NCBI GenBank assembly: GCA_902496015.1
Contig: CABUZJ010000003.1
Coordinates: 18,402-82,401 of the forward strand
Reading direction: 5' to 3'
From: an uncultured Eubacteriales bacterium
GTDB lineage: Bacteria; Bacillota; Clostridia; Christensenellales; UBA1242
DNA: 64,000 bases
A program made the translations under genes and the position numbers. This document shows, in pieces, positions 27,705 to 37,467 of the stretch (positions within the stretch are counted from its first letter, which is position 1; every line of letters starts with the position of its first letter). The notes beneath the pieces are model-generated. The model searched no databases and had not been told where the DNA came from. It saw only the letters and a program-made list of their open reading frames with translations.

Positions 27705-28922
27705 TTAGGAATTTATCATATTATCTATAAATGTGGCAAAACCTTTTGTTGGGTCGCTAACAAAAACATGCGTAATAGCACCAATAAGTTTATTATTTTG
27801 AATAATTGGACTACCGCTCATTCCCTGAACAATTCCGCCTGTTTTATCTAATAACTCTTGGTCAGTAATTCTTATAACCATATTTTTTTGGTCTTTTAGA
27901 TTATTTTGATTTGTTTTTATTATTTCAATAGAGTATTCCTTAGGTGTTGTTCCATCTAGTGTGCAAAGAATTGTGGCTTTCCCAACTTTCACTTCGTTGC
28001 TATGTCCTACAAGCATTTTTTTACCTTCAAAATTGTTAATTTGTTCTTGGTTAAACTGCCCAAATACTCCAAAATTAGTGTTATTATCAAGGTCACCAAT
28101 TTGGTCTCCACCCCTTAAAAATAAGCCTCTTAATTCACCAGGTTTTCCTCTTTCTCCCTTGGTTATGCCAATAATATTACAAGCATATATTTCACCTTTA
28201 TTTATTGGTAAAATTGCGCCAGTATCTATATCACAAACAGGATGTCCCAATGCTCCAAACCTGCCATTATCGCATCTAACATAAGACAATGTTCCAACCC
28301 CTGCCGCATTATCTCTTATCCACAAACCTAATTTGAATTTATTTGTTGCTAAATCTAATGCTGGGTTAATTGTGGTTGAAATTTCCATTCCTTTCCTTTT
28401 AACTATAACTTTCAAACTTTTACCTGCATAATGATTACTATTCACTATTTCCTCAATCATTTCAGCACTATAAATTGTTTTACCTTCAATTGAATATAAA
28501 ACATCACCCACCATAATATTACTATTATTGGTTGGATTAACGGCCCCGTTTTTTGTTAAAACTTCACTTGTGCCAACAATAACAACTCCTTCACATTCTA
28601 AGGTAAAACCAAGGGCATTTCCCCCTGCATAAACATAAATATCGTTAGTTGGAGCAACAGCATTTGTTTCATCTTTTACTGTCCAAGGGAAAAGCCAATT
28701 TATTAATTTTTTAAAAGGCGACCCAACAATAGTGGAATTATAACTTGAAAATGACAAATTTTGCATTGAAGCAGTTGATATAAAGTTAGACTTAAAAGGA
28801 TAAACAATTAAAGATAAAAAAATGAATAATGTTAAAATAAAGCAAGCATTAATCCTTTTAAAAACATTATTCATTGATAACATCGATAACTCCTCCATAT
28901 AAGAGTAGTTTATCTTATTCAA
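27705..28922 (-). CDS. spoIVB: SpoIVB peptidase (S55) with a PDZ domain
   Basis: GTLSYV..FGALGHPV and the catalytic-Ser region GIVQGMSGSPII. Confidence 0.9.
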   Translation of the reverse strand: MNKINYSYMEELSMLSMNNVFKRINACFILTLFIFLSLIVYPFKSNFISTASMQNLSFSSYNSTIVGSPFKKLINWLFPWTVKDETNAVAPTNDIYVYAGGNALGFTLECEGVVIVGTSEVLTKNGAVNPTNNSNIMVGDVLYSIEGKTIYSAEMIEEIVNSNHYAGKSLKVIVKRKGMEISTTINPALDLATNKFKLGLWIRDNAAGVGTLSYVRCDNGRFGALGHPVCDIDTGAILPINKGEIYACNIIGITKGERGKPGELRGLFLRGGDQIGDLDNNTNFGVFGQFNQEQINNFEGKKMLVGHSNEVKVGKATILCTLDGTTPKEYSIEIIKTNQNNLKDQKNMVIRITDQELLDKTGGIVQGMSGSPIIQNNKLIGAITHVFVSDPTKGFATFIDNMINS

Positions 28923-28938
28923 TCTAAAACTATGTAAA

Positions 28939-30630
28939 TTATTTTAAACTTTTAAAAAACTCTTCTCCTTCAGTAATTAATTCCTTTGCATGCATAAGTG
29001 CCGAACTTGAACTTGAAGAACCTACAAGCCTTGCAACTTCTTCTTCTTTTTCTTTTCCAGTAATAAGTTTAATAAAAGTTCTAGTCTTCCCATCTTGTAC
29101 TTTTTTGCTTATAAAATAATTATTATTTGCATAGGCACATATTTGAGCCATATGAGTTACACAAAGAACCTGGTGCATAAATGCTACTTTTTGCATTTTT
29201 TGTGCTAAAACTTTTGCCATGTGTCCGCTCACACCTGTATCAATTTCATCAAATATCATGGTGTCCACACCTTCAATATCAGCAGTTATAGTTTTTAATG
29301 CAAGCATAACTCTGCTCATTTCACCACCACTTATAACCTTGATTAAAGGTTTTGCTGGTTGACCAATATTTGCAGAAAATAGAAATTCAACCTTATCTAA
29401 TCCAAATTCATTGCAGTTATCTAAGTCTAATTGTTCAAAACTAACCTCAAAATTAGAACCACCTAACCCCAACTCTTTCAGTTCAGTATCAACCTGATTA
29501 GAAAAAATTTTAGCAACTTGCTTTCTAGCAGTTGTGAGTTTTGTTCCAATAATTAATAATTGCTCCTTAATTTTATTAAGTTCCTTATTTAAACTATCCA
29601 CAAATTCACTGCAATTACTCAACTTATTATATTCACTTTTTATTGTTTGTAAATATCTATTAATTTCCTCAATTGAAGAGCCATATTTTTTCTTAAAACT
29701 GAATAAAAGGTCTAATCTTTCTTCAACTTTTTTAGATTCATATTCATCATAATATTGCTCATTTGAAATTGAAGAAAGAGTTTGTGCAATGTCATCTATT
29801 TCAATATTCACCCCATTAAGCCTATCAAGAATTTCAGCAATTTTAGGCTCATAGTTAGAAATTTGAGAAAGTGAATATATTGCTCGCTCAATATTAGATA
29901 ATGCACTGCTATTTCCATCATCTTCAACTAAACAATTAAATGCAGAATTAATGCCATCTGCAATTTTTTCAGCATGTGCAATTTTTAAATGTTGTGCTTT
30001 AAGTTCATCTTCTTCATTATCTTTAAAATTAGCGTTTTCTATTTCTTCAATTTGATATTTATATAAATCAATTAATCTTTCTCGTTCTTTTTCATCCACC
30101 GTAAAGCCTTTTAACTTAGTTTTAATATCTTGATATTTTGAAAACTCTTCTTTAAATTTATTTTTTAATGGTAAGATTTCATTTCTACCAAAACTATCTA
30201 AAATTTTTAAATGGTTTGAAACTTGTAAAAGCGATTGATGTTCAAATTGCCCGTGCAAATCCATTAAAGGTGCTGTTAATTTTTTTAGCATAGAAAGAGT
30301 AAAACTCTTTCCATTAACTCTGCAATCATTTTTGCCATCAATGGTAATCTTTCTTGAAATTATTAATTTTTCATTGTCATCAAGCCCTAGGTCTTGTGCA
30401 ACATTAATTGCATTTATATTAGGAATAAACACTGCTTCCACACTTGCAGAATTTTTTCCATAAGAAATTAAACTCTTGTCAGCTCTTTCCCCAAGTAACA
30501 ATGAAATAGAATCTATAATTAAAGATTTACCAGCACCAGTTTCACCACTTAGCACATTTAACCCTTTACTAAATTCTATTGTTAAATTATCTATTAAAGC
30601 AATATTATTAATTGTTATGCTTTCAAGCAT
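28939..30630 (-). CDS. recN: DNA repair protein RecN
   Basis: Walker A GETGAGKS, a long coiled coil, and C-terminal SGGEMSRVMLAL..MIFDEIDTGVSG. Confidence 0.92.
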   Translation of the reverse strand: MLESITINNIALIDNLTIEFSKGLNVLSGETGAGKSLIIDSISLLLGERADKSLISYGKNSASVEAVFIPNINAINVAQDLGLDDNEKLIISRKITIDGKNDCRVNGKSFTLSMLKKLTAPLMDLHGQFEHQSLLQVSNHLKILDSFGRNEILPLKNKFKEEFSKYQDIKTKLKGFTVDEKERERLIDLYKYQIEEIENANFKDNEEDELKAQHLKIAHAEKIADGINSAFNCLVEDDGNSSALSNIERAIYSLSQISNYEPKIAEILDRLNGVNIEIDDIAQTLSSISNEQYYDEYESKKVEERLDLLFSFKKKYGSSIEEINRYLQTIKSEYNKLSNCSEFVDSLNKELNKIKEQLLIIGTKLTTARKQVAKIFSNQVDTELKELGLGGSNFEVSFEQLDLDNCNEFGLDKVEFLFSANIGQPAKPLIKVISGGEMSRVMLALKTITADIEGVDTMIFDEIDTGVSGHMAKVLAQKMQKVAFMHQVLCVTHMAQICAYANNNYFISKKVQDGKTRTFIKLITGKEKEEEVARLVGSSSSSSALMHAKELITEGEEFFKSLK

Positions 30631-30639
30631 ATTGCCCCC

Positions 30640-30855
30640 TTAAACATTCGTTGAAAATGATGTTTCAATTAGTTTGTCTAATTCTTTTTTCAAAATATTA
30701 ATTTTACCATCTGTTTCTTTTAACTTACTAAAACAAATTTTAGTTAACTCTATACTCTTTTCAAAAAGCTTTACAGCTTGGTCAATATCAATGTTTTCAT
30801 CTTCTAACTTAATTGAAATTTCTTCTAATTCTTTTATTGCTTGTTCGTATGTCAT
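30640..30855 (-). CDS. xseB: Exodeoxyribonuclease VII small subunit
   Basis: 71-aa helical protein (YEQAIKELEEI..LE). Overlaps the xseA stop. Confidence 0.85.
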   Translation of the reverse strand: MTYEQAIKELEEISIKLEDENIDIDQAVKLFEKSIELTKICFSKLKETDGKINILKKELDKLIETSFSTNV

Positions 30856-32042
30856 TAATTTTCTCCTTCAATACTAATTATTTTACTTCTCACTTTACCA
30901 TCAATAAAAATGCTATCAATTTCATCACCAATGTTTAAATTAGCTACCGACTTAATTAAACCATTTTTGTTGTAAGCCTTATTATAACCTTTTTTTAATA
31001 ATGCAAGCGGATTACACTTCTCAATATTTAAATTTAATAATTCTAATTTTTTCTGTGTTGTAGTTAAAATTTTTGTAATGTTAAACTTGAAATTTTCTAC
31101 TAATTTTATTAATTGTTTTTCTTTCAAATTGATTTTGTTTGAAATATTAATGGTAATATTATTTACAATATTATTAATATCATCAATATTATCATTTAAA
31201 ATTGATTTAATTTTATATGATATTGAAGATGTTAAAGTTTCTATTTGTTCAACTGTTAAATAATAATTAAAAACGCTTACCTCTGCTGCAACCGATGGTG
31301 TTGGAGCACGCAAATCACTTGCAAAATCACACAAACTAAAATCAGTTTCATGCCCAACCCCAGAAATTATTGGTTTATTACATTTATAAACAGCTCTTGC
31401 AACAAGTTCAGTGTTAAATGGTGCTAAATCTTCAAAAGAACCACCGCCACGCGCAACTATTATAACATCAACTTTATCACACTTATCTAAATATTCAATA
31501 CCTTCTGCAATTTCTTTTTCTGCACCCTCTCCTTGAACTTTAACAGGGTAAATTAATATATCTGTAAATGGATTATTTTTTCTAGCAACATGAATAATAT
31601 CATGAATAACAGCACCTGTTGGGCTGGTTACTACACCAATACACTTTGAAAATTTAGGAATTTGTTTTTTATGCCTTTCATCAAAAATCCCTTCTTCTTC
31701 TAGTTTTGTTTTCAATTCTAAAAACTTTTGATAAAGTTCACCCAACCCATAAAGTTCAATTTTAGAAACAATAAAACTTAGTTTTCCAAACTTTGGATGA
31801 TAATTTAATCTTCCCGTAACAATGACTTTATCTCCATTCTTAATGTCATTAAAATTAATTCCAAACTTTATACAAGATAATTGGGCATCTTCTTCTTTTA
31901 TATCAAAATAAGCGTTTGCTCCCGAGATTTTAAAATTGCTAACCTCGCCATAAACGCTCACATTAAACAAAATTTCTTCTGCATCAATTATGTTTTTTAT
32001 ATAATTATTAAGTTGAGTAACTGATAAAGTTAGTTGTTGCAT
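30855..32042 (-). CDS. xseA: Exodeoxyribonuclease VII large subunit
   Basis: N-terminal OB fold (VYGEVSNFK), GVVTSPTGAVIHDI and ARGGGSFEDL. Confidence 0.9.
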   Translation of the reverse strand: MQQLTLSVTQLNNYIKNIIDAEEILFNVSVYGEVSNFKISGANAYFDIKEEDAQLSCIKFGINFNDIKNGDKVIVTGRLNYHPKFGKLSFIVSKIELYGLGELYQKFLELKTKLEEEGIFDERHKKQIPKFSKCIGVVTSPTGAVIHDIIHVARKNNPFTDILIYPVKVQGEGAEKEIAEGIEYLDKCDKVDVIIVARGGGSFEDLAPFNTELVARAVYKCNKPIISGVGHETDFSLCDFASDLRAPTPSVAAEVSVFNYYLTVEQIETLTSSISYKIKSILNDNIDDINNIVNNITINISNKINLKEKQLIKLVENFKFNITKILTTTQKKLELLNLNIEKCNPLALLKKGYNKAYNKNGLIKSVANLNIGDEIDSIFIDGKVRSKIISIEGEN

Positions 32043-32437
32043 TACTTCTCCTTAGAAAACTGTGCTAATATTCCATTAATGAAAGAAACTGATTTTTCAG
32101 TAGAATAAATCTTTGCTAAATTACAAGCTTCATTAATGCTAACCTTATAAGGAATATCTGGCATAAATTCAATCTCGTAAGTTGCAAGAAGCATAATAGC
32201 CAAATCTACCTTAAAAATCCTATGAGTTTTAAACCCCACAGCTTTTTCTTCAATTTTATTGGCTAAATAATTAAATCTATTTGCCACACCAAAATAAACA
32301 TCTTTTAAATAGTCTTTTTCATTATTAATCTCACTTTCTGCAATATATTCGTCCATCAGTTCATCATCAATTTCTCGGGTAAAAATATATTCAAAAATTA
32401 ATTTAAATGCACGATCTCGTGCAAGAAATCTGCTCAT
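32042..32437 (-). CDS. nusB: Transcription antitermination factor NusB
   Basis: 131 aa with SRFLARDRAFKLIF and AILRLATYE-like MLLATYEIEF, then the INEA..AK motif. Confidence 0.88.
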   Translation of the reverse strand: MSRFLARDRAFKLIFEYIFTREIDDELMDEYIAESEINNEKDYLKDVYFGVANRFNYLANKIEEKAVGFKTHRIFKVDLAIMLLATYEIEFMPDIPYKVSINEACNLAKIYSTEKSVSFINGILAQFSKEK

Positions 32438-32439
32438 TT

Positions 32440-33444
32440 CTATAACCCCCTTTCAATTTCTTCAATAAATAAAAAACTAGATTGTTCTTGTAAATTTTTA
32501 TTAACATAAATCGATTTTAAAACAAATGTTGTTTCCCCAAAACTTTGAGCAATAATATACGCATTATGTGCAGGTTTTACTCTTCCAATTTCATTGCCAA
32601 TATAACTATTTTGTGTTAATCTTTTTTCTTTATTTGCAATTTTATCGGTTTTATTTTCAATGGTTTGAGATTTATTTTTATCTTGTTCATGAAAAACTTT
32701 AACAATTTTAGGAATCAACTTAGGTATTGATAGTTTAATCTTAGGCTGTTCATTAACATTATCTGCACTCTTGCTTGCTTTAATCTCGCTATGTGTTGCC
32801 GGCTTATTTTTTGTTTTCCCCGCTTTAATATTAGTTTGCACCGAAACATTTTTTGCTTTCTTTCCACCGGTTTTATTTTCTTTTTTAACTGATTTATTTT
32901 TTTGCTCTGCTTGTGGTTTTTGCACTTCTTTTATTTTTGGTTTAAACTTAAAAGATGGTGCTTCTGCAATTCTCCTAGTAACTTTATTAATACGATTTTT
33001 TATAATAAAAACATTAGGAATTTCATTTCCATTCTCGTCAAACCTTGGATTAATTTTTAATAATTCATAAGGGGTTAACACACGCTTCCCATTTTTATCA
33101 AATTTAGGTTTTAGGTGAAGTAATGAAAAAATATCTTTAACAGAACCATTTTCATCATATTGAATTTCCAAACCCAAAATACCATAAATTTCTTTTAGTT
33201 TTTTATTACGCTCTGCAATTTCTAGTCTCTTTTTTTGAATTATCTTTATCTGTTGCGCTTTTCTTAAAATTAAAATAATGCTAATCGAACTTAATAATAA
33301 CAAAATTAGAAGAGATAAAATCATTATTAATGGCACAATTGAAATAACTGAATTAAAATAAAGCAAAAAAAGAATAGCAAACACAATAGTTGCAATTATG
33401 CAACAAATTCCTATTTGCCATTTGAAACTCACTTTTTTTTTCAT
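32440..33444 (-). CDS. Hypothetical membrane-anchored, Lys-rich protein with three approximately 20-aa (F/Y)D(E/K)NG repeats
   Basis: Two N-terminal TM segments, repeats at aa 89-149, a K-rich linker, and a C-terminal region of about 70 aa. No family recognised. Confidence 0.6.
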   Translation of the reverse strand: MKKKVSFKWQIGICCIIATIVFAILFLLYFNSVISIVPLIMILSLLILLLLSSISIILILRKAQQIKIIQKKRLEIAERNKKLKEIYGILGLEIQYDENGSVKDIFSLLHLKPKFDKNGKRVLTPYELLKINPRFDENGNEIPNVFIIKNRINKVTRRIAEAPSFKFKPKIKEVQKPQAEQKNKSVKKENKTGGKKAKNVSVQTNIKAGKTKNKPATHSEIKASKSADNVNEQPKIKLSIPKLIPKIVKVFHEQDKNKSQTIENKTDKIANKEKRLTQNSYIGNEIGRVKPAHNAYIIAQSFGETTFVLKSIYVNKNLQEQSSFLFIEEIERGL

Positions 33445-33463
33445 TCTGCCCTCATAAGTTGAA

Positions 33464-33850
33464 TTAATTAATTGCTACTTCTTCATTAGCGTTAAAAACA
33501 ACACCCATAACATGAACATTCACAGCTTCTGCTTTAAAATCTGTCATTGATTCGATGCTACTTTTAACATTCTCTTGAACTCTAAATGCAACATCACGAA
33601 CCGAATAACCAAATAAAACATTTACATAAACATCAACATAAACTGAATTATCAATAAATTCAATTATAACACCTTTATGATAATTTTTATCAAATATCTT
33701 TTTAAATGTTCCCACACCTTCATTGCTCAATCCAGCAATACCATTTATCTCTTGTGTGGCAAGATTTACTATGGATAATACAACATTTCTTTTATAAGAT
33801 ACATTCCCTTCATCTGCTTGTAAAACTTTTTTGTTATGAGTTGCCATCAC
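33464..33850 (-). CDS. Asp23/Gls24 family (alkaline shock) protein
   Basis: Sequence pattern IVNLATQEINGIAGL ... VDVYVNV.FGYSVRDVAFRVQENVKSSIE. Confidence 0.85.
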   Translation of the reverse strand: MMATHNKKVLQADEGNVSYKRNVVLSIVNLATQEINGIAGLSNEGVGTFKKIFDKNYHKGVIIEFIDNSVYVDVYVNVLFGYSVRDVAFRVQENVKSSIESMTDFKAEAVNVHVMGVVFNANEEVAIN

Positions 33851-34009
33851 AAATACCTCTTAATTATATTTTAAATAATATTATTTTATTTAATTTATGA
33901 CATTATATCATAATAGAAAACTCTTTGCAATAATTTTTTGTTTAACAAAAATAAAAAAATATTAACTATAATATATAATTAGTTGTTATTCTAAACAAAT
34001 TACTCAAAT

Positions 34010-34048
34010 CTAAAAAACAAAAAATAACTCACATTTAGCGAGTTATTT
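34010..34048 (-). terminator. Intrinsic terminator after the spoIIIA operon
   Basis: aaataactc(34022-34030)/gagttattt(34040-34048), followed on the minus strand by TTTTGTTTTTT. Confidence 0.65.
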
Positions 34049-34065
34049 AAAGTTTATCATTTATT

Positions 34066-34539
34066 TTATGCAACTGGTATAATTTTAACATTAGTTGCAG
34101 GAACTTCTGCCTCTTCTACCACCAAAGATAAAATTTTTGCAGCATCACTACTTGTTAAACCATTCGTTTTAACTAAAATATTTAAGTTATCGTCGCTAGC
34201 CGTAACAATTGCATCTTCAAAACCAGCACCAGCAATTAATCCTTCCAAAATTAATTCTTTTTCCATTTGAGCAACTAAGGCTAATTTTTTGCTAGTAGCA
34301 GTTGCAACATAATCACTTGTGCTTGATGTGCTAGTTATAATTGCATCTAAATATTCAAGTTCAAGGTTTCGAGTATAATTTCTATCTTCTCTATAAGTTG
34401 CAAAAAAATTTGCGCTAGAAACTTGATTATCTAAGTTTTCATTAGTTGCTTTATTAAGTGCTATGTTTAAATATCCTGTTACAACTAGCAAGATTGCCAT
34501 TCCTAATAAAATAAATATTTTTTTCTTTTTGGTTAACAT
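34066..34539 (-). CDS. spoIIIAH: Stage III sporulation protein AH
   Basis: TM anchor, FFATYREDRNYTR and GFEDAIV..NILV. Start at ATG 34539, preceded by AAGGAGGGG. Confidence 0.85.
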   Translation of the reverse strand: MLTKKKKIFILLGMAILLVVTGYLNIALNKATNENLDNQVSSANFFATYREDRNYTRNLELEYLDAIITSTSSTSDYVATATSKKLALVAQMEKELILEGLIAGAGFEDAIVTASDDNLNILVKTNGLTSSDAAKILSLVVEEAEVPATNVKIIPVA

Positions 34540-34574
34540 CGGCTTCCCCTCCTTAAAAAATAAAATTTTCATAT

Positions 34575-35171
34575 TTATCTCCCCTCTAAAATTTGTATGC
34601 AAGATGATGGTATTCTTAGAACCGCACTAATTGTATCAGCAAGCATTAATTTTGTTTTCACATCACCTGCTCCTTTTGCAACAATTAAAATACCTGTAAT
34701 TTCTGGATAATATTCCACAACCACAACAGGCGTTGTAATTGTTCCGTCTTTACTTAAAACTATGCTTGATGTAACGGTTTTATTACCATTATTTTCACTT
34801 TCGGTAATATCTTCTGCATATGTAATTTTAGGACTTGAGTTTACAGATATAAAAACTTCAACATTACTAATTCCTTTCACACTATTTAAAATTGTGCTAA
34901 GTCTGTTCTCAACATCTGTAACATATTCTTTGCCACTTCCTAACGCAGTTTTACTAGCGTTTTTTAAAGTTTGTGTTTTAGATTGTGAACCAGATGAAAA
35001 GCTACTAACAAAAATTCCTATAATTATTAAAAATAAAATACCAGCAATACATAATAGAAACTTTTTGTTTGCAAACCTTTTTGTTGATTTATCACCATGC
35101 TCATCTTTATTCTTTTTAGGAAATAGCCAGTTAGCAATACTAAATTTTGATTGCTTATTATCTTCTTGCAT
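34575..35171 (-). CDS. spoIIIAG: Stage III sporulation protein AG
   Basis: TM anchor, ENRLSTILNSVKGISNVEVFI and PEITGILIVAKGAGD. RBS AAGGAGA. Confidence 0.85.
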   Translation of the reverse strand: MQEDNKQSKFSIANWLFPKKNKDEHGDKSTKRFANKKFLLCIAGILFLIIIGIFVSSFSSGSQSKTQTLKNASKTALGSGKEYVTDVENRLSTILNSVKGISNVEVFISVNSSPKITYAEDITESENNGNKTVTSSIVLSKDGTITTPVVVVEYYPEITGILIVAKGAGDVKTKLMLADTISAVLRIPSSCIQILEGR

Positions 35172-35359
35172 ACTGATTTCTCCTTACAAAATTTTATTAA
35201 ATAACTAATCTTTTTATTACAAAAATAATATAATTTTTAATGCAAATTTATTACAAAATATATTAAACTAAAGCATTTTTATTGATAATAATAAAGATTT
35301 TGCAAATTTAAAATATAATATTTATTTCATTTTGCCCCACAAATAATAGTATTTTTTAT

Positions 35360-35524
35360 CTAAACATTCTTTAAAAGTTCAATAATTGGCATGAGTAAAA
35401 TTGAAAATATAAACACTCCAATTATACTTTTCACAAACTTAGTCATAGGGCCATAAGGCAGAATTAAATCTGCTAAATTTTCTACAACAACACAACCAAC
35501 AATAAGCATTATATATTTGACCAT
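35360..35524 (-). CDS. spoIIIAF: Truncated (54-aa) SpoIIIAF homologue containing only the TM hairpin; not in the ORF track
   Basis: RBS AAGGAGA plus ATG 35524. LILPYGPMTKFVKSIIGVFIFSILLMPIIELLK parallels the B. subtilis SpoIIIAF N-terminus (as I recall it). Correct operon position between AE and AG. Confidence 0.7.
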   Translation of the reverse strand: MVKYIMLIVGCVVVENLADLILPYGPMTKFVKSIIGVFIFSILLMPIIELLKNV

Positions 35525-35540
35525 TTTGTCTCCTTTATTA

Positions 35541-36866
35541 TTACAAAATATTAGTTGTACAAATCATAATTGTCAAAGTGAAAAAATACATAAGTGCCAC
35601 ACCAATAACAATAGCTGCAAGCATTTTAAAAGTGTTTGCAAAGTTTTCAATAAAACCACTAACTTTACTATCTCCCAATGGCTCAATTAATCCAGCAATT
35701 AATTTTAAAGACAATGAAAAAACCATTAAAGTTACAAGCGGTGCTATAATTGTTACAATTAATAATAACAATGCTGAATAACCAACTGAATTTTTTAGTA
35801 ATAATGATGAAGCTTTTACAAGCTCAAAACCTTCACTTATATACCCACCTAAATAAGGTATATAATTTTTCATAGCATATTTAGTCGCCTTAATACTTAT
35901 TCCATCACTTGACCCCGCAGTTATCCCCTGAAAACTAAGTATACTCATGTAAATTGCAAATACGGTTGCAATAATCCATTTAAAAAACGATTTAAAAAAA
36001 TTTTGAAGTTTACCCAAGTTCCTTTTATTTGAAAAATTATTAGCAATACTCATAACAAGCACACATGTGAATATTGGAAGCAACACATAAGTAAAAATGT
36101 TTGAAATAGCACTTGATAAAAATAAAACAGTTGGTTGATATGCTTTAACAGAAACTACCGAGCCCATTGTTGTCATTAAAGTTATAAGTATTGGGAAAAC
36201 CACATTCATTTGTTGTTGCATTTTTATAATTGCCTGCGAACAATCTTTAATTACTGAACCCGATAGCCCTAAAAGAATTACAACTATTGAGCCTAAACAT
36301 ATTAATCTAATAACATCAGTAACTCCGCTAGATGTTTTACCAGATATTAAAGAAGAATATAAAATATAAAGTAATGTTATAACTACTATAACTATAAGCG
36401 GAGCCAAGGAAGCTTTAAAACCAGAGATAACACCTTGCCAAACGCCCGAAAGCAATGAGCCAAAATCAGCTATAAAATTTCCAGCAATAATTTCTTTAAC
36501 TAAACCAACAAAACTTAAATCACCAAAAATATCAAATGAACCATTTGCCTGTATATCTGCTAACATCACTTCGAGTTCAGTAAAATTAAGCTCTTCAATA
36601 TCGCTATCAACTTGATCATTTAATTGTTCTAATAATTCTTTTTCGTCTTCGTTATTCTCATCGTTCTCTGCCCACACAATACCACTAAAATTGAAGATAG
36701 TTTTACATTGCAAAGAGTTATTAAAATGAAAAAAATTATAAATGAATTGTGATATTAATATTATTAGAATAATTATTAAAATAAACGCATTTTTTAATGC
36801 ATATTTTAGAATTATATTATTATTTTGTCGTTTTTTATATTTTTTTGCGATATTTATATTTGTCAT
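35541..36866 (-). CDS. spoIIIAE: Stage III sporulation protein AE
   Basis: 441-aa polytopic membrane protein with an N-terminal signal/extracytoplasmic segment, in the correct operon position. Confidence 0.88.
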   Translation of the reverse strand: MTNINIAKKYKKRQNNNIILKYALKNAFILIIILIILISQFIYNFFHFNNSLQCKTIFNFSGIVWAENDENNEDEKELLEQLNDQVDSDIEELNFTELEVMLADIQANGSFDIFGDLSFVGLVKEIIAGNFIADFGSLLSGVWQGVISGFKASLAPLIVIVVITLLYILYSSLISGKTSSGVTDVIRLICLGSIVVILLGLSGSVIKDCSQAIIKMQQQMNVVFPILITLMTTMGSVVSVKAYQPTVLFLSSAISNIFTYVLLPIFTCVLVMSIANNFSNKRNLGKLQNFFKSFFKWIIATVFAIYMSILSFQGITAGSSDGISIKATKYAMKNYIPYLGGYISEGFELVKASSLLLKNSVGYSALLLLIVTIIAPLVTLMVFSLSLKLIAGLIEPLGDSKVSGFIENFANTFKMLAAIVIGVALMYFFTLTIMICTTNIL

Positions 36867-37243
36867 AATAAACTCACAATGGTGGAAATTAACATTTTTA
36901 CAATAGGCAACGCAATAATTAAAATAGAAATTTTACCACCTAGAATTATTTTGCTTGCAACTAATTTATTACCACTATCTTCTGCTATTTCACTACAAAA
37001 TTCAGTTATGTAACCAACACCTAAAACTTTTAATATTGGTGTGGTTATGTTAGACCCAAGGCCACTAAATTCGCCAAAATTGACAAAATCATCTATAATA
37101 ACTTCAACCTCGCTAACCAACAATAATGAAATAACAAGCCCACCCGCAATGCTTACTAATAGCGCCAATTCTGGCTTATATTGCTTAATAGTTAGATAAG
37201 TTATAATTGTAACAAGCCCTATTCCTAGCACTTTAAAAAGCAT
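36863..37243 (-). CDS. spoIIIAD: Stage III sporulation protein AD
   Basis: 126-aa membrane protein with LKVLGVGYITEFCSEIAEDSG. Confidence 0.88.
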   Translation of the reverse strand: MLFKVLGIGLVTIITYLTIKQYKPELALLVSIAGGLVISLLLVSEVEVIIDDFVNFGEFSGLGSNITTPILKVLGVGYITEFCSEIAEDSGNKLVASKIILGGKISILIIALPIVKMLISTIVSLL

Positions 37244-37255
37244 AGTTTACCTCAC

Positions 37256-37453
37256 TTAATATAGATTAAATAAGTTTCTAACGGTGTCAAATAAATCGCT
37301 AACCATTCCAAGCACCATAACGAGCACAACAACCAATCCTGCAAGAGTTGCAAGAGTTGCTATTTCATTTTTGCCTGAATGATTTAAAATTTGCGTTATT
37401 ACTGCCGTTAAAATTCCAATAGCAGCTATTTTAAAAATAATATCAATACCCAT
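37256..37453 (-). CDS. spoIIIAC: Stage III sporulation protein AC
   Basis: 65-aa two-TM protein with IFKIAAIGILTAV and LAGLVVVL. Confidence 0.88.
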   Translation of the reverse strand: MGIDIIFKIAAIGILTAVITQILNHSGKNEIATLATLAGLVVVLVMVLGMVSDLFDTVRNLFNLY

Positions 37454-37467
37454 AACCCTTTCCTTTT

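Noticed and set aside
28923-28938. Tight or overlapping gene junctions (xseB/xseA at 30855, xseA/nusB at 32042, truB/nrnA at 41497, scpA/scpB, ytfJ/dac), considered as possible programmed frameshift or fusion sites.
   Set aside because: These are the ordinary 1 to 14-nt stop/start overlaps of translationally coupled operon genes. Each partner is a complete, separately recognisable protein.
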